Shown here piece after piece: positions 12,943-25,200 of a DNA stretch of 64,000 nucleotides (positions are counted from its first letter, which is position 1; each line of letters opens with the position of its first letter). The notes under the pieces were generated by a model. It was given only the letters and a program-made list of their open reading frames with translations, was not told the origin of the DNA and did not search any database. The stretch comes from Trichoplax adhaerens (taxonomy: Eukaryota > Animalia > Placozoa): assembly GCF_000150275.1 (NCBI RefSeq), contig NW_002060949.1, positions 2,725,836 through 2,789,835 on the forward strand, written 5' to 3'. The position numbers and the translations under genes are program-made.

Positions 12943-15900
12943 ATGAATCGTTACCAAAGTATAAAACAATTAGGCGATGGTACTTATGGCTCAGTAGTAT
13001 TGGCCAGAAATTACGATACAGGAGAAACTGTTGCTATTAAGAAGTAAGTCATTATTACATTAGTTATTATTACTTTATAGCTTATTAAATTAGAATTTTA
13101 CACTTTTGTAACGATGATAAGGTAGGTAAGTCATCTGTCTCGAATTATTGATCATATTATTTTTGTAATTCATGGAGGCAAGAAAACTTTAAATCAGTCG
13201 AAATGTTCATGTTCAATTCTATCTATTTCTCATAAACTTCTTTGATTATTGATAGAATGAAGAGAAAATATTACTCTTGGGAAGAATGTATGAACTTGAG
13301 AGAAGTCAAGGTAGAATAGCTTAGCAAATAAATCCTTGTATAAATCGGTAGTGATTAATTCATGCTTTCCTTTCTAACATTATAAAATTAAATGGATATA
13401 ATAGTTATATTTAATAAATGATATTGTCTGAATTATACTAAAATAAAGCATAAACAACAGTTGGCTCTATAGTCAGACAACGCATATGTAATATCCCGTG
13501 AAATTGTATAGTAGTCAATAACGATAGTATAAGACATAACTTCTTCATGATTCTCTCACAAGTATAGCATATGTATTACTTGAAAAACTTATACAATTTC
13601 TTTCGCTCTTGTCTCAAATGATATTGCTGGTTTATTTCAAATATAAAAAGCGCTACTAGATATAGTAGAATAAATTAACTACACAAACTAGGCTAGAGAA
13701 TGCCAGTGTTTTAAAATAATCCGTAGCTTAAGATAGAATACTATCAAATATATTAAAATTATAGTAAATCAACATGTTGATCTGTAATATCTTAATAGAC
13801 AGATTTATTGAAAAATGGAGCGTAATTAATTCATTACATGAATTAGGATAGAATGCCTTTCGTTAATCTCGATTTGACTAAATGCCTTGTTAAATAGGCT
13901 AAAATAACAGTAGGTTGCGAGGTTAGCTTAGATAGATTGACAAACGGAGCAGAACAAATCGACTACATACATCGTAAACTAGGAATAGTACATATTTAGT
14001 CATGCCTGCTTTTAAATAATACCTTTAAAATGAGCGATGATTTTAGTAAGTATTAGTCAATTATATGTAAATACAGATAGATTGAAATAAATAGGGCTAA
14101 ATGCATTACACTTAATAGAATATTTGAATTGGTGACTGCTGTCTTAAATTTCGTTTCGCGTATAAACAAATAATTTCTGGACAAGTAACGATATGCTTCA
14201 TTAATTTATCACAACTATTTGTCATTAAGGTAAAATGAAAGAGTTAATATTGTTTATTTCAATCTCTGTTTCTCTGACAGTCATTACGGAAGCTCAATCA
14301 TACTAATGTTGTACGCTTAAAAGAAGTTATACGAGAAAGTGATCATTTATATTTCGTTTTTGAGTATATGAAAGAAAATTTGTACCAACTTATGAAGAAA
14401 AGGTAAGCTTACACTTCATTTTATCATTTTAGATATTGGCTATTTAGATAGCAATCTTCTTTAACTGACGATATAGGCGTATAACTTTAACCATAACTAT
14501 TCATTGTTACCTTATCAGCATAATTCTACATGTACCTAATTTTTATCCATCAATAGAGATAAACTATTTCCAGAACGCGTTATTCGTAACATTTCATATC
14601 AAATTTTGCAAGGTCTAGCCTTCATGCACAAACAAGGTATATTAGAAATTACTCCATTATTAAGCAAAAATTAATAGAATATACGATACTATTGACCGTT
14701 ATTGACTTAAAAATTTCTCCACTATTTTTAATATCCTTTTTTCGATCGCGAGCCAATTAATCCTAGTTACATAATGTTCTTTACTTCCTTTTAATGTAGG
14801 ATTCTTTCACCGTGACATGAAACCTGAAAATTTACTTTGTACTGGTTCAGAAATTATTAAAATTGCCGATTTCGGTTTAGCAAGGGAGACGCGATCGCGG
14901 CCACCCTACACTGATTACGTCTCGACTCGTTGGTACCGGGCTCCTGAAGTTCTTTTACATTCGACCAACTATAGTTCTCCGATAGATATGTGGGCCCTCG
15001 GTTGTATTATGGCAGAAATGTATACATTACGTCCACTATATCCTGGTACCTCTGAAGTAGATGAAATATTTAAAATATGTACTGTACTGGGTACCCCATC
15101 GAAGGTAAATATTACATATAGCTTGATGATTAACGTTGTTCACGCTTCATTTTTAGAATGTAACTATTTACGACATATGTAATTAAAATAGTAAGCCTAA
15201 TGACGTTAAAGCAAGATTAATAAAATAATTTAGAGTTAAAAAGTTTTCTTCGCGTTAATACTGTAAACATAAATGTATTTCTTAATACGATATCGTAGGA
15301 GGACTGGCCAGAAGGGTATAAATTGGCTTCATCGATCAATTTTAAGTTTCCACAATTGGTAAATGGGAGCCGCTATCATTTCTAATATTTTCCTAATCAC
15401 TATGATTTTAATAAAGAAATTAATTATTTCAAATTAAAAATGTTAATAGGTACAGACACCACTTAAAAATATCATTCCTAATGCAAGTCCTGAGGGTCTA
15501 CATTTAATTCGAGAATTACTCAATTGGAATCCCGATAAACGGCCAACTGCTGGCCAGGTAATTCTAATTTCAATTACTAATCATACATAAGAATGAAATA
15601 TTTAACATATTAATCCTGTTATGAAAGTACCTCTTAATTTTTAATTTTATCATTATTTGAATTAAATTTTAAATTAAATACTATATTCGCATTCATGCTT
15701 AGGCCTTAAGATTTCCATATTTTCAAGTTGGTATTGACATTCAAAAGTTGCAGCAACCTCAGCAGCAAAAGTTTCAGCAGCTAGATACATTCACGGAAGA
15801 TGATAAAAAGCTTACAAAAACTGAGACAGAAGCATTTCCTAAAGATTCCCCTCCAAAGGTTGAACCTAAACCTATGCAGCAAGTTAAAAATACCACCAAT

Positions 15901-16979
15901 AAATCAAAAGACAAGTTATTAGATACAATCGATTTCGACTCATACCTAGATGGGAAAAAGCCAACAGATACAAAAACTAATAATAATTCTAAAAAGAAAG
16001 CAGAGGATCTAATGGATACTCTAGAATTTGATGCAGTTCTAGACGAATTAGACGATTTCGACGATAAAAAACGCAAGAAAGTAAGTGATATAGTCAATCA
16101 ATAACGAAGAGATTTAAATATAAGCGTAGACATAATAATATGCTCTGAAAAGTGAATATCTAAAGCGGATTATATTTTAAATCATTATTAGGTTGCACCT
16201 CGAAGACAAAATAGTAACAAAAAACTGCCAGATTGGCGAGAAAAGTAATATGATAGCAATAATATTTAAATTGCTTTTGTAACTGATATGGATAATTTCC
16301 CAGATTTCTAACCTCTGATATTTCATTTATTTAGTGCCAATATAGCTAACCGAGAATACTCACCTAAAATCAACGGAATATCGGCATCGCCGGATATCAT
16401 GGACACAATTCCAACATCTCCTGCTCAACGATATCTCCAAAATTCTCGTTATTACCCGAAAAAAACTGGAAGCTCTCATAAAAAAAGTAGTGATTTCGCT
16501 ACAGAGATTAAAAGCCATCATAAACCGACAGGTAAAAAATTAATTTTCAATTTAGATCATCTACAGATAAATTAATTACTTTGAGTGACTTTAACATTTT
16601 ATATAATACAATTTTCTTCGACATCTTTATTTAGATTATAACAGAAAACGTGGTGGACCAGACCTAGATGAATTCGGTGATGATTCTAATAATTACATAC
16701 CTTCCTTTGGCGCTAGTAAAAATAATAGTAATAAAGGCAGCTATGCTGGGTGGAAAGCATCTTATAATAATAATACATCACAATTCATGCCTGGTTTACA
16801 AAATAATACTGTTAAGGCTGCACAAAAGGTCAATCCTATTGCTAGAACGGATTGGTCTTCAAAGTAAGTTCAACATAATTTTTTAAAGATTTTGGCTATA
16901 AAAAATAGTTAAAAGGATAATTATAACATTTTACCTTTATCTAATTTATAGGTACGGCGGTAGTAATCGCAAATTTTAA
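12943..16979 (+). CDS. MAK: MAK/ICK(CILK1)-family (RCK) Ser/Thr kinase, 12 coding exons, 571 aa
   Basis: Exons 12943-13043, 13256-13310, 14281-14402, 14557-14636, 14800-15104, 15299-15358, 15450-15557, 15703-16080, 16192-16244, 16335-16531, 16635-16863, 16952-16979 (1716 nt, in frame). Motifs: [74 protein letters not shown] (TDY loop), [12 protein letters not shown], and the diagnostic tail RTDWSSKYGG. Probably co-orthologous to MAK and CILK1. Confidence 0.95.
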
Positions 16980-18749
16980 ATTTTCTACTCCAACCACCGA
17001 AATAATGTACAGTTTTTTTATATCTACTGTATTATACTTTGATTTTGTATATAGAGTATAAGTATATACTGTATGTATATAGACCTCATAAATATATAAA
17101 TTTATGGGTATAAGAGTATATACGCTTCTATTATTGCGAAGGAATATATTTCACCTTCCAATAGTAAACCGGTGCATCTAGCTCTATAGTAACTTGAACT
17201 TTAAATTACACTGAATATTTTGACGGTATTCTCACAGAGAAAGGATTTAAGTAGAAATACTTCCTAAATACAATTAGCGTAAAGTTTTTCATCCGTACCA
17301 TTAATTCGAAACTTTTAAGACTGAAATTGTAGCAAGAAATGATGCGAAAATATAGTAAAATTTTTGTACAAATTCGAACACACTCTACTCTATGTATAAG
17401 GAGGATAAACAAAAACTTTTAATGATCACTACTACAATTCTATTTGGTATAAACTCATAGCAATTCGGACATGTGATTGAATGCTCTATATCTATTTATG
17501 ATTTCTTCAATTCCATTAATAGCATCTGTGCATCCTATTCATCTTTCACCGTATAGCAATACTGAAATATATTTCATTGGCAGCTAATGCAGATTTACAG
17601 ATAGTATATAATATCCTTCCTTGATATAGCATATGGACTAGTAAACACTGACTCAATTTATTCTACGTTAAACAAAATCGATTCAAATGGTTAAGTATAC
17701 AATTGTTTTGCAATGTAGCCCTTTTATGATTAATAAATCTGATGAAGTGTTAAGATTACTATTCTGATCGTTTCATTCACTTATTGTGATTTATTTATTT
17801 ATATTACTGCACTAAGTTCTAGATATATGCAGCAATACATGAATTTTAAGTGCGAATTGCTAAGACAAATTCGTCAAATTACTCGTATTAGTTGATTAAC
17901 TTTCGAATCAGCTAACAAGACTGTAAATACTCCTGTATAAAGTATAGTTTGTTAGTCCTACTTAAATTTGAAGCAGTTCTAGGTATCATTTTATGAATTA
18001 AGCCTTAAATTTCCAGACAACTAGGGCACTATGTAGCGAACTAGCTTAGATCATAGCCCATTATATTATTGCTACAATAAGTATCATCTGTAAGATTATT
18101 AATTTAGGGAATTGTTAAAATTCTAAGATGGTTATGTTTACATCTAGTATCGTGATATTGGACCATCTGCAATCAACAGTATTAGCACGTAAAGTTATAT
18201 TTTGTTTTAAGTATTCATAGATACTTATGAACGTATTATCGTGAATTCAGGGTTGAACTAAAAAATATGTCACAACAATATTTAATCGTCAGGGTTCAAT
18301 ATCCGGTTATTTTGAAAATGAGTTTATACGAAGTACTTTATCAGTCCAGTCAGTCGTACGAGTAATGCTGTAAGTACAGCATAGACAAAAATTAGACACT
18401 TTTGCATTGACATGAGCAGTTTCGATGAATTCAGATAAGAAGAACGTATATCCAAGATAACTCATTGATAGATTGACTTAATATTTAATCATACGAATAA
18501 GTGCGGCCCATGACTAAAAGAAAATTATCCTGTTAGCTAGACCGGAAACCGTTAAAAAATACTATAAGTGAACAGTTTATTTCTTAATAATAGCACAGAT
18601 ACTCCAATGTGAACATTTTTTAATCAATTTGAACGATATTTGAGAGAAAGAACTGAATTATTACAATATGCTTCAGGTATTCTTCTAGTACTGTATCATA
18701 TATCATTAAATTAACAGAAAAAAGAACGTTTATAGTATTTCATTTAAGC

Positions 18750-21700
18750 TTAGTTGGATTTTATAGAACTGATATGATAAAATAGTTTCAATGCTGGTCC
18801 AAGTTTAAATTGTAGATGCTCAGTCATATCTTGCTGTGTCATTAACAAAAAGGATTCCCCATCAATTAACTAGAAAAATAGACACGATAGCTCAACATTA
18901 AACAATACCTAATAAGAGCGTTAAAGGAAGTCAGTGATATTGAACTGGTAATAACCTCTCTTGCAAAGATAGTTGCTTCTTCTCCGCAACCAATCGCAAT
19001 AATATATTTCATAAGATCAGTAACACCCCAGTTCAGTACCTCTTCCATTCGAGGTAAATTTGTTATAGTACCGCCCTATAAAAATGTATCCTACTTTTAG
19101 GAACTTAAGCCGTATGTCTTAGCAATGTAAATCGACTTACATTAACGTTAGTTGGCGACATTTCTGATTTACTATAGCTTGTAATAGGATAATTCGCAGA
19201 TCGTGGGACGCCTTCGGGATTGCTCTTAGCACAATTTTTTGTGATCACCGTTGATGGATAGGAGTGCAATTCTGCAATACCGTTAGAGCCACGACCAGAT
19301 AGTGCTTTAGGTTTTGGACCTGTAGAAAGTGATTTCATATCTGCCGAATTAACTTTATGATTTTGTGCTAATTCTATAATATGATATATAAAAAGAGAAC
19401 GCTAATGTCGTATCGCTTCGTCCTTATATAAAAGATATTACTGTTGAAATCTGTCTCATATGCTATTACTTTTATCACGTATTTCTAGCTTCGTGCTGTT
19501 CTGTTGTATGCTATTGGTTGACCATCTTCTATCAGTTATTGAATTTAATTTTTTCCTACATTGAATAGAAATAAATTTTAATCGCTGCGATTTACGTCTA
19601 GTACCAAAATCTTACAGCTTGGTAAATACATCGCCTCAAGGTATAAATCGTCAATTGTCTTACGTCTTCGGAAATGTCAATGGATGATCAGTAGCTTTGC
19701 AATAGCCAGCCGGAAAGATTTCAGTAGAATCTACCATAACTGTAAAAATCTCGTCAGAGCCATCAAATCGAAAGTTTACAACATCTTCATCGGCACTAAT
19801 TACTGTACAAACTCCAATAACAGCAGGATTTAGAGGATGAACTGCTTCGAATTTTTTTCCGGCTTCCATGCGTCTACGGCGTTGCTAGAATACAGGATAA
19901 CTGAAAATTAAAATTTCGCAATCTATATACACTCCAATTACTTACTAAATATATTACCGGTTTGAATATGTCAGCTGTCGAAATGTGGGCATTATTACAC
20001 TTCGATAAGTACCTCTTCCAATTAAAAGGCTGTTGATATCCTATAATGTCAAGAATATTCTAAATATCAGGTGTATAGTGACCTTTATTATAGCGTATAA
20101 ATGCAAGTATTAGGTTACACTACTAAAGCAATAACTGACTAAAATTATATATTACCATTTGGCGGTATCAGTGTCTTGTGATTTTCTTCACACCAACCAA
20201 TATGATGGATATAAGGACAAGTTTCATCGCACCAGTAATCGAAAGATTCACCCCATCCATCAAAATGTACTAAAAATCGATCACCACGTAATGCCGATAT
20301 CGTAGAAACGCAAATTAATTCTGGGTTTTGGCGATCCACAGCTTCCAGTTTAGTACCAATACGAAACGAATGTCTGGCTGGTTTTACCTTTTTATATTAC
20401 AAAATTAACCATTACCAAAATATTAATAATATCTGTATACTCTTAAAATAAAAATAGCGATACAGCATTAGTTTAATAGATAATTACCAATTTAAATAAA
20501 TGATCTAAAGCGGGTTTAGCATGTTGTGCCTTAAGGTAAGTTTCCCAATTAAATCTCTCATCAGGAATATCTAGGGATAGTTATATAAAAATAAGTTTGA
20601 TAATATATGCTGAACTAAAAATCCAAAAATGATGAGTATTCTAGGTCGACAGAGTAGACATACGTGGGGGTGGATTTAGAGGATATTTATTCCTTGAACA
20701 CCAACCAACTGGATGTATGTCTGGTGAATCCATACTAACCCAAAAATCAAAATCATCTGGCCAACCATCCGGGTGCAGTAACATCCTGTAGCCTTGAATT
20801 TTGATGATTGTTGCGACAATGATAATATCGGGTTGTCTGATACTAACTGCTTCTAATTTCATACCTATTTCAAATGCACGCTTCGATAAGGGTGGTAAAG
20901 CATTAACAAAGCACTCTGCAGGAACGATATCAGATTTTGTTTCAGCTAAATAATTCGGCCAATCGAAATGACGATTTTCCAGTTTGTCTAAAAGGTAGTC
21001 ATAAATACTATTAATGCTTTTTTCTATGTATTTACAATAAAATATCAACAATCAGAAATTAATTACTGATAGAATTTGCCAATAGATCGTTTTTTATCAA
21101 ATATGACAAACCTGCCGGTGCAAGACTTTTTACTTTCATCTGAGACTTTGGGCTCTGTATAATCAAGTAGAAATATTTATTGTTTTAAACTCTATGATCA
21201 GCCATATTTTCTCTGATTTGTCTAAATTAAATAGCCACACCAACTTTTATCAATAGTTTGTTTAATTCATTCTAATACGATATTAAATAAGTGTATAACT
21301 ATTTTTATCAATCTATATACTTTTTTCAGCACTACTTGTCGATTTTGCAGCCTAGTTGATATTGCACCATTGGAAGGTGGTCGTTCCTCATCTTTTGCAC
21401 TATTATTATGCCAATCAGGTAAATCATCACGTTTAAGTTCAGAATGAACTTTCTTTGCCTTTGACGGGTTTTGATCCTTCAACAAATACTTGCGCTTTCC
21501 AGCGTACATACCGGCACACTGCCGACTACAGAATCGACCAGACGCAGTAAAATTGCTAGATACACCATATTTGCCGCAATTGATACAACAAAGGATACCA
21601 GAATCGCTTTGATTGTGTGCACTCTTGGAACTATTTTTGTTATCCCTAATTTCATCTACAAAAATAGTTTATTAATTCAATAAATAAGAAAGGGATGTGA

Positions 21701-22144
21701 TAAAAATTTCAGTTTTCAACGTCACTAAATGCATCTATAAGATTACTGATTTTTATTTACATTGATATCGATCTAATAATGTTTTACTTATCCAATAGTG
21801 AAAATTTGATAATATTTGGTTTGTCTACCTTGAAAAGATTTTTTATTATCAAGATTTTTGGAATCGGCAGTAGTACTCCACACAAATCTTCTTCCATCGT
21901 CAGTTTCAACAGTACTCACAATTTTAATACCATCAGCAGTACGTTGGAAATATAGATTGGATCCAGAAACCTTTGCAAAGCCGTTTTCATCCCATTCTAA
22001 TGCGTTAAAACTTGCTACTGAATTTAATGAGAATTTTTGTGAAGTTCTAGTAGAGGATTGATTATTCTTAATGGTATTGAAAACTCCAGAAGCTTCTTTC
22101 ATAGTGCCATTACCATAGTTGGTATTAGATAAATTGGACATCAT
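18750..22144 (-). CDS. L3MBTL: Lethal(3)malignant brain tumor-like protein (L3MBTL1/3/4 type): FCS zinc finger, 3 MBT repeats, C-terminal SAM; 12 coding exons, 731 aa
   Basis: Exons 22144-21829, 21655-21321, 21154-21112, 20987-20664, 20570-20488, 20387-20156, 20040-19958, 19884-19664, 19555-19470, 19373-19141, 19075-18956, 18869-18750 (2196 nt, in frame). FCS: CINCGKYG...RFCSRQC. MBT1: FEIGMKLEAV...HPDGWPDDFDFW...IHPVGWC. MBT2: FRIGTKLEAVDRQNP...VHFDGWGESFDYW. MBT3: MEAGKKFEAVHPLNP...IFPAGYC. SAM: WGVTDL...ELIDGESFLLMTQQD...FKLGPALK. Confidence 0.92.
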
Positions 22145-22250
22145 GATATGCTAAAAAAAATAAAATAAAAACTATATTTAACTGTGATAAACTGTTAGCC
22201 AATTTTCCAAGGTAGAAATACTTTTACGCGTATTGCATTTATCGACACAG

Positions 22251-22259
22251 CGCCATTTT
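22251..22259 (-). promoter_or_regulatory. YY1-like AAAATGGCG element, probable TSS region of L3MBTL
   Basis: CGCCATTTT on + (AAAATGGCG on -) lies ~100 bp upstream of a strong acceptor (ttttttttag at 22151) that sits 6 nt before the L3MBTL ATG. Its own ATG opens only MALCR*. Confidence 0.4.
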
Positions 22260-25200
22260 AGATTAACACTTAACCGTCACTCAGTATTATCCATTATCAT
22301 TACAATTATTTATGGGGTACGTTATATAACGAAATAAAGCACAAAGTACAGCATATCATTGGTAAAAAATTTCGTTGTATTAACAATGGTGGATATCTAA
22401 AATGGAGACACTTAATAACGAATGTAATAAAGGGCATATATTAGCCTATATATTCAAATCTAACGTTTAGATGAGTTTTATTGGGAATAAGAAAGTTTGC
22501 CATTACATATTTCTGGCTTTCGATTTAGCAGAAACTCTAAAATTTTGAAGAGAAAGTATATAGGTAGTATTGCCTATCATAAAGCTTTATAGGAATGTTA
22601 TAATCCCCTCATTTAATTACCGTAAGAGGATCGAGTACAGTAATATGAAAAGTAGATGGATAATACAATAGAAAGTACAAAAACAATTAGCAAGTTTACT
22701 AATAGGAAGATCACATCTGAGCACCTCATCTCATTAGTATTATACTAGAAAGATTTGATTGCAGTTACTAAAATTTATTTTTTAATTTAAACATTAATCT
22801 AAAGCAGCCAAGTTTACAGTCAATCACTATACTGTACAGCATTTAAGATCCTATTAATTCAAAAGGGCCCATAACGGTGATTAAAACTGAAATGAGAATA
22901 TTTAATTATAGATTATAATAATTATATACGTCAGTCGTTCTCATAAACAATTAGTTGGCGGGTTACGTGAAAAAATTATCTGAAATAAAATAATAATCTT
23001 TACAGGCTGAAAAGTCGTAATTATCTTATCAGTATCACAGTCAAAGTAATTCCTTTAGTAGAAATCGACATTTTAATACGAGCACCCGTATTACTGTAGC
23101 TTAATTTGTAAATAAGGTAAAAGGGAATTAAATGAAAGACTAACCATACCCAAGAATCATTTACAAACGACTATATGAAATAAAAAATTGTTACTACTTG
23201 TCTTTTGCTATGATTTACTTGTAATGACGTGATGCTAAAAAATTATATATTCCCCATGACTTCAAATCTAGCCGGTATTAAGAAAAAATCACAGAATCGG
23301 CCATCAGTCTACCAGTAGTTAAAATAAAATTACTGGTGAATTATTCCTTGGGACTACGGGGAATACGTAATAAGGGATTAACAGTTACAGCTAGATAAAA
23401 ACTCATAATTTAGTATCGTGAACATATCAAGTCATAAAGTTGATGTTAACACCGTGCTGCCTAAAACAATCATCATTTCTCGCGTCCATTAGACATTGCT
23501 GAGCAAGCATAATCGCTACAGATAATAATAATTGTCGACCATTACTCCACGCTGGCGTTGCAGGAATACATTGTAAAAAATGTAGACGTTACGACAACTA
23601 AAACTAATAGAATTTATGTATCAAAAAAAAGTAAAAAAAGAACCGGTCGACAATTAAAAGAAAGCTTGGAAATCGTACCACCATAAAAAAACCACAAAAT
23701 GGATAAATTAATCTACCTATAAGGCTTGAATTGCCTTAACGATTTTGACATATCTTGTCTTATATTATCGTCGTTTTTTCGAAGTATAATTTCCAATATG
23801 ATTGCTTTTCCTTTTAATATTTTTTACCTATTACTTTATTAACATCTCTATAACACAGTGGCAACATCCTACCTTTACCTATTGGACGTAAACTATAGAA
23901 CATATCGACGATCATCAAGGGCGAAATATGACTTTAGACCACATCGACGTATACGCATATTATTCCATTAATAGAAAGAGGGGCATACAGTACCAAATAA
24001 CAAAGGCTTAGAATGGTTGTATCAATAACATCGTATGGTCTTATATAGCCGAGTGGGTAGCAATGTAGTATAGAAGTAGACTGGATAATTCAATTTCATT
24101 TAATTACCGAATATAGAAATTACATATCTACTTACTGAGCACTGGCAAACTAGATAGTCTACAAATATCGCCTACATAGCAATTACCATGACAGGGCTGC
24201 ATCACATGCCTATAATACTAAATATCATTATTCGATTGAAACATATATAGTACATAGTGTTTGGATTAATCGCCTTACGTACGTTGTATTTATTGTTATA
24301 AACTTTTCTCTATAACGACAGGGTGAAACCATACTTCTAATTATATCCATATATTCAATTTACTGTATTATTTCAGTTTCAATAAGTTTATACTGTATAT
24401 AGCTATCTCTTTCAATGAAAGTTGATGTAGGCAAAAAATGAATATTTGCAATATACCCGTATCTTACCCGTCTTGATAACCTTATGCTAGTCTATTTTTT
24501 ACGACCCTATATCAAGATTTTGTGATGATGACACTATAGTACATCAACGGCTATAAATTATAATTATAGTCAAAATGATTAATCCAGGCTCGAATTCTAT
24601 AATATTATTGAAAAATGTTTAACATCGGAATTAGATGTTATCATTTTAAACTAGTTTATCGACAGAAAAAAATGAGGAATTAAGCATAAACATTATTGCT
24701 ACCATCATAAGCATTTTACAGCTTATACAATCGTTGATGTTTAAAAAGATCTTTTCATTTAATCATTCTATATGAATTTACAGTCAAACTTGGTATCTTT
24801 TATTTTCGGTTTGTAAAAATAGTTAATAACCAGGTAATTGACGGCAGTGAGATATTTTCAATGCCTCCAAGCTGTTGTAGAGTAACGTTTCAAGATTACC
24901 ATTTGATGCGCAAGGGCTCCACTAGAAGATATTGGTATCCACAGTATATATATACAGTATACCATTTACAAAAACGATACCATAACTACTGCAGTAATTT
25001 AATATTCTCGACACTCATTTTACGTATTCCCTATAGAAAAAGGTTATTAATAATGATTTCAAACATACCACGACTATCCTCAGCACGATACTTTTGCAAG
25101 TTATGCAAAACTACTTAATAGATTGTTTGGGAATAACAATCGCATTATCACCCTCAAGTATTAACTTTTCATTTCACCTTCAATTTATACAAATAATACA

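Noticed and set aside
15774-16097. 107-aa Ser-rich ORF on -
   Set aside because: Antisense shadow of MAK exon 8.
21471-22061. Two + strand ORFs (70 and 67 aa)
   Set aside because: Antisense shadows of L3MBTL exons 1-2.
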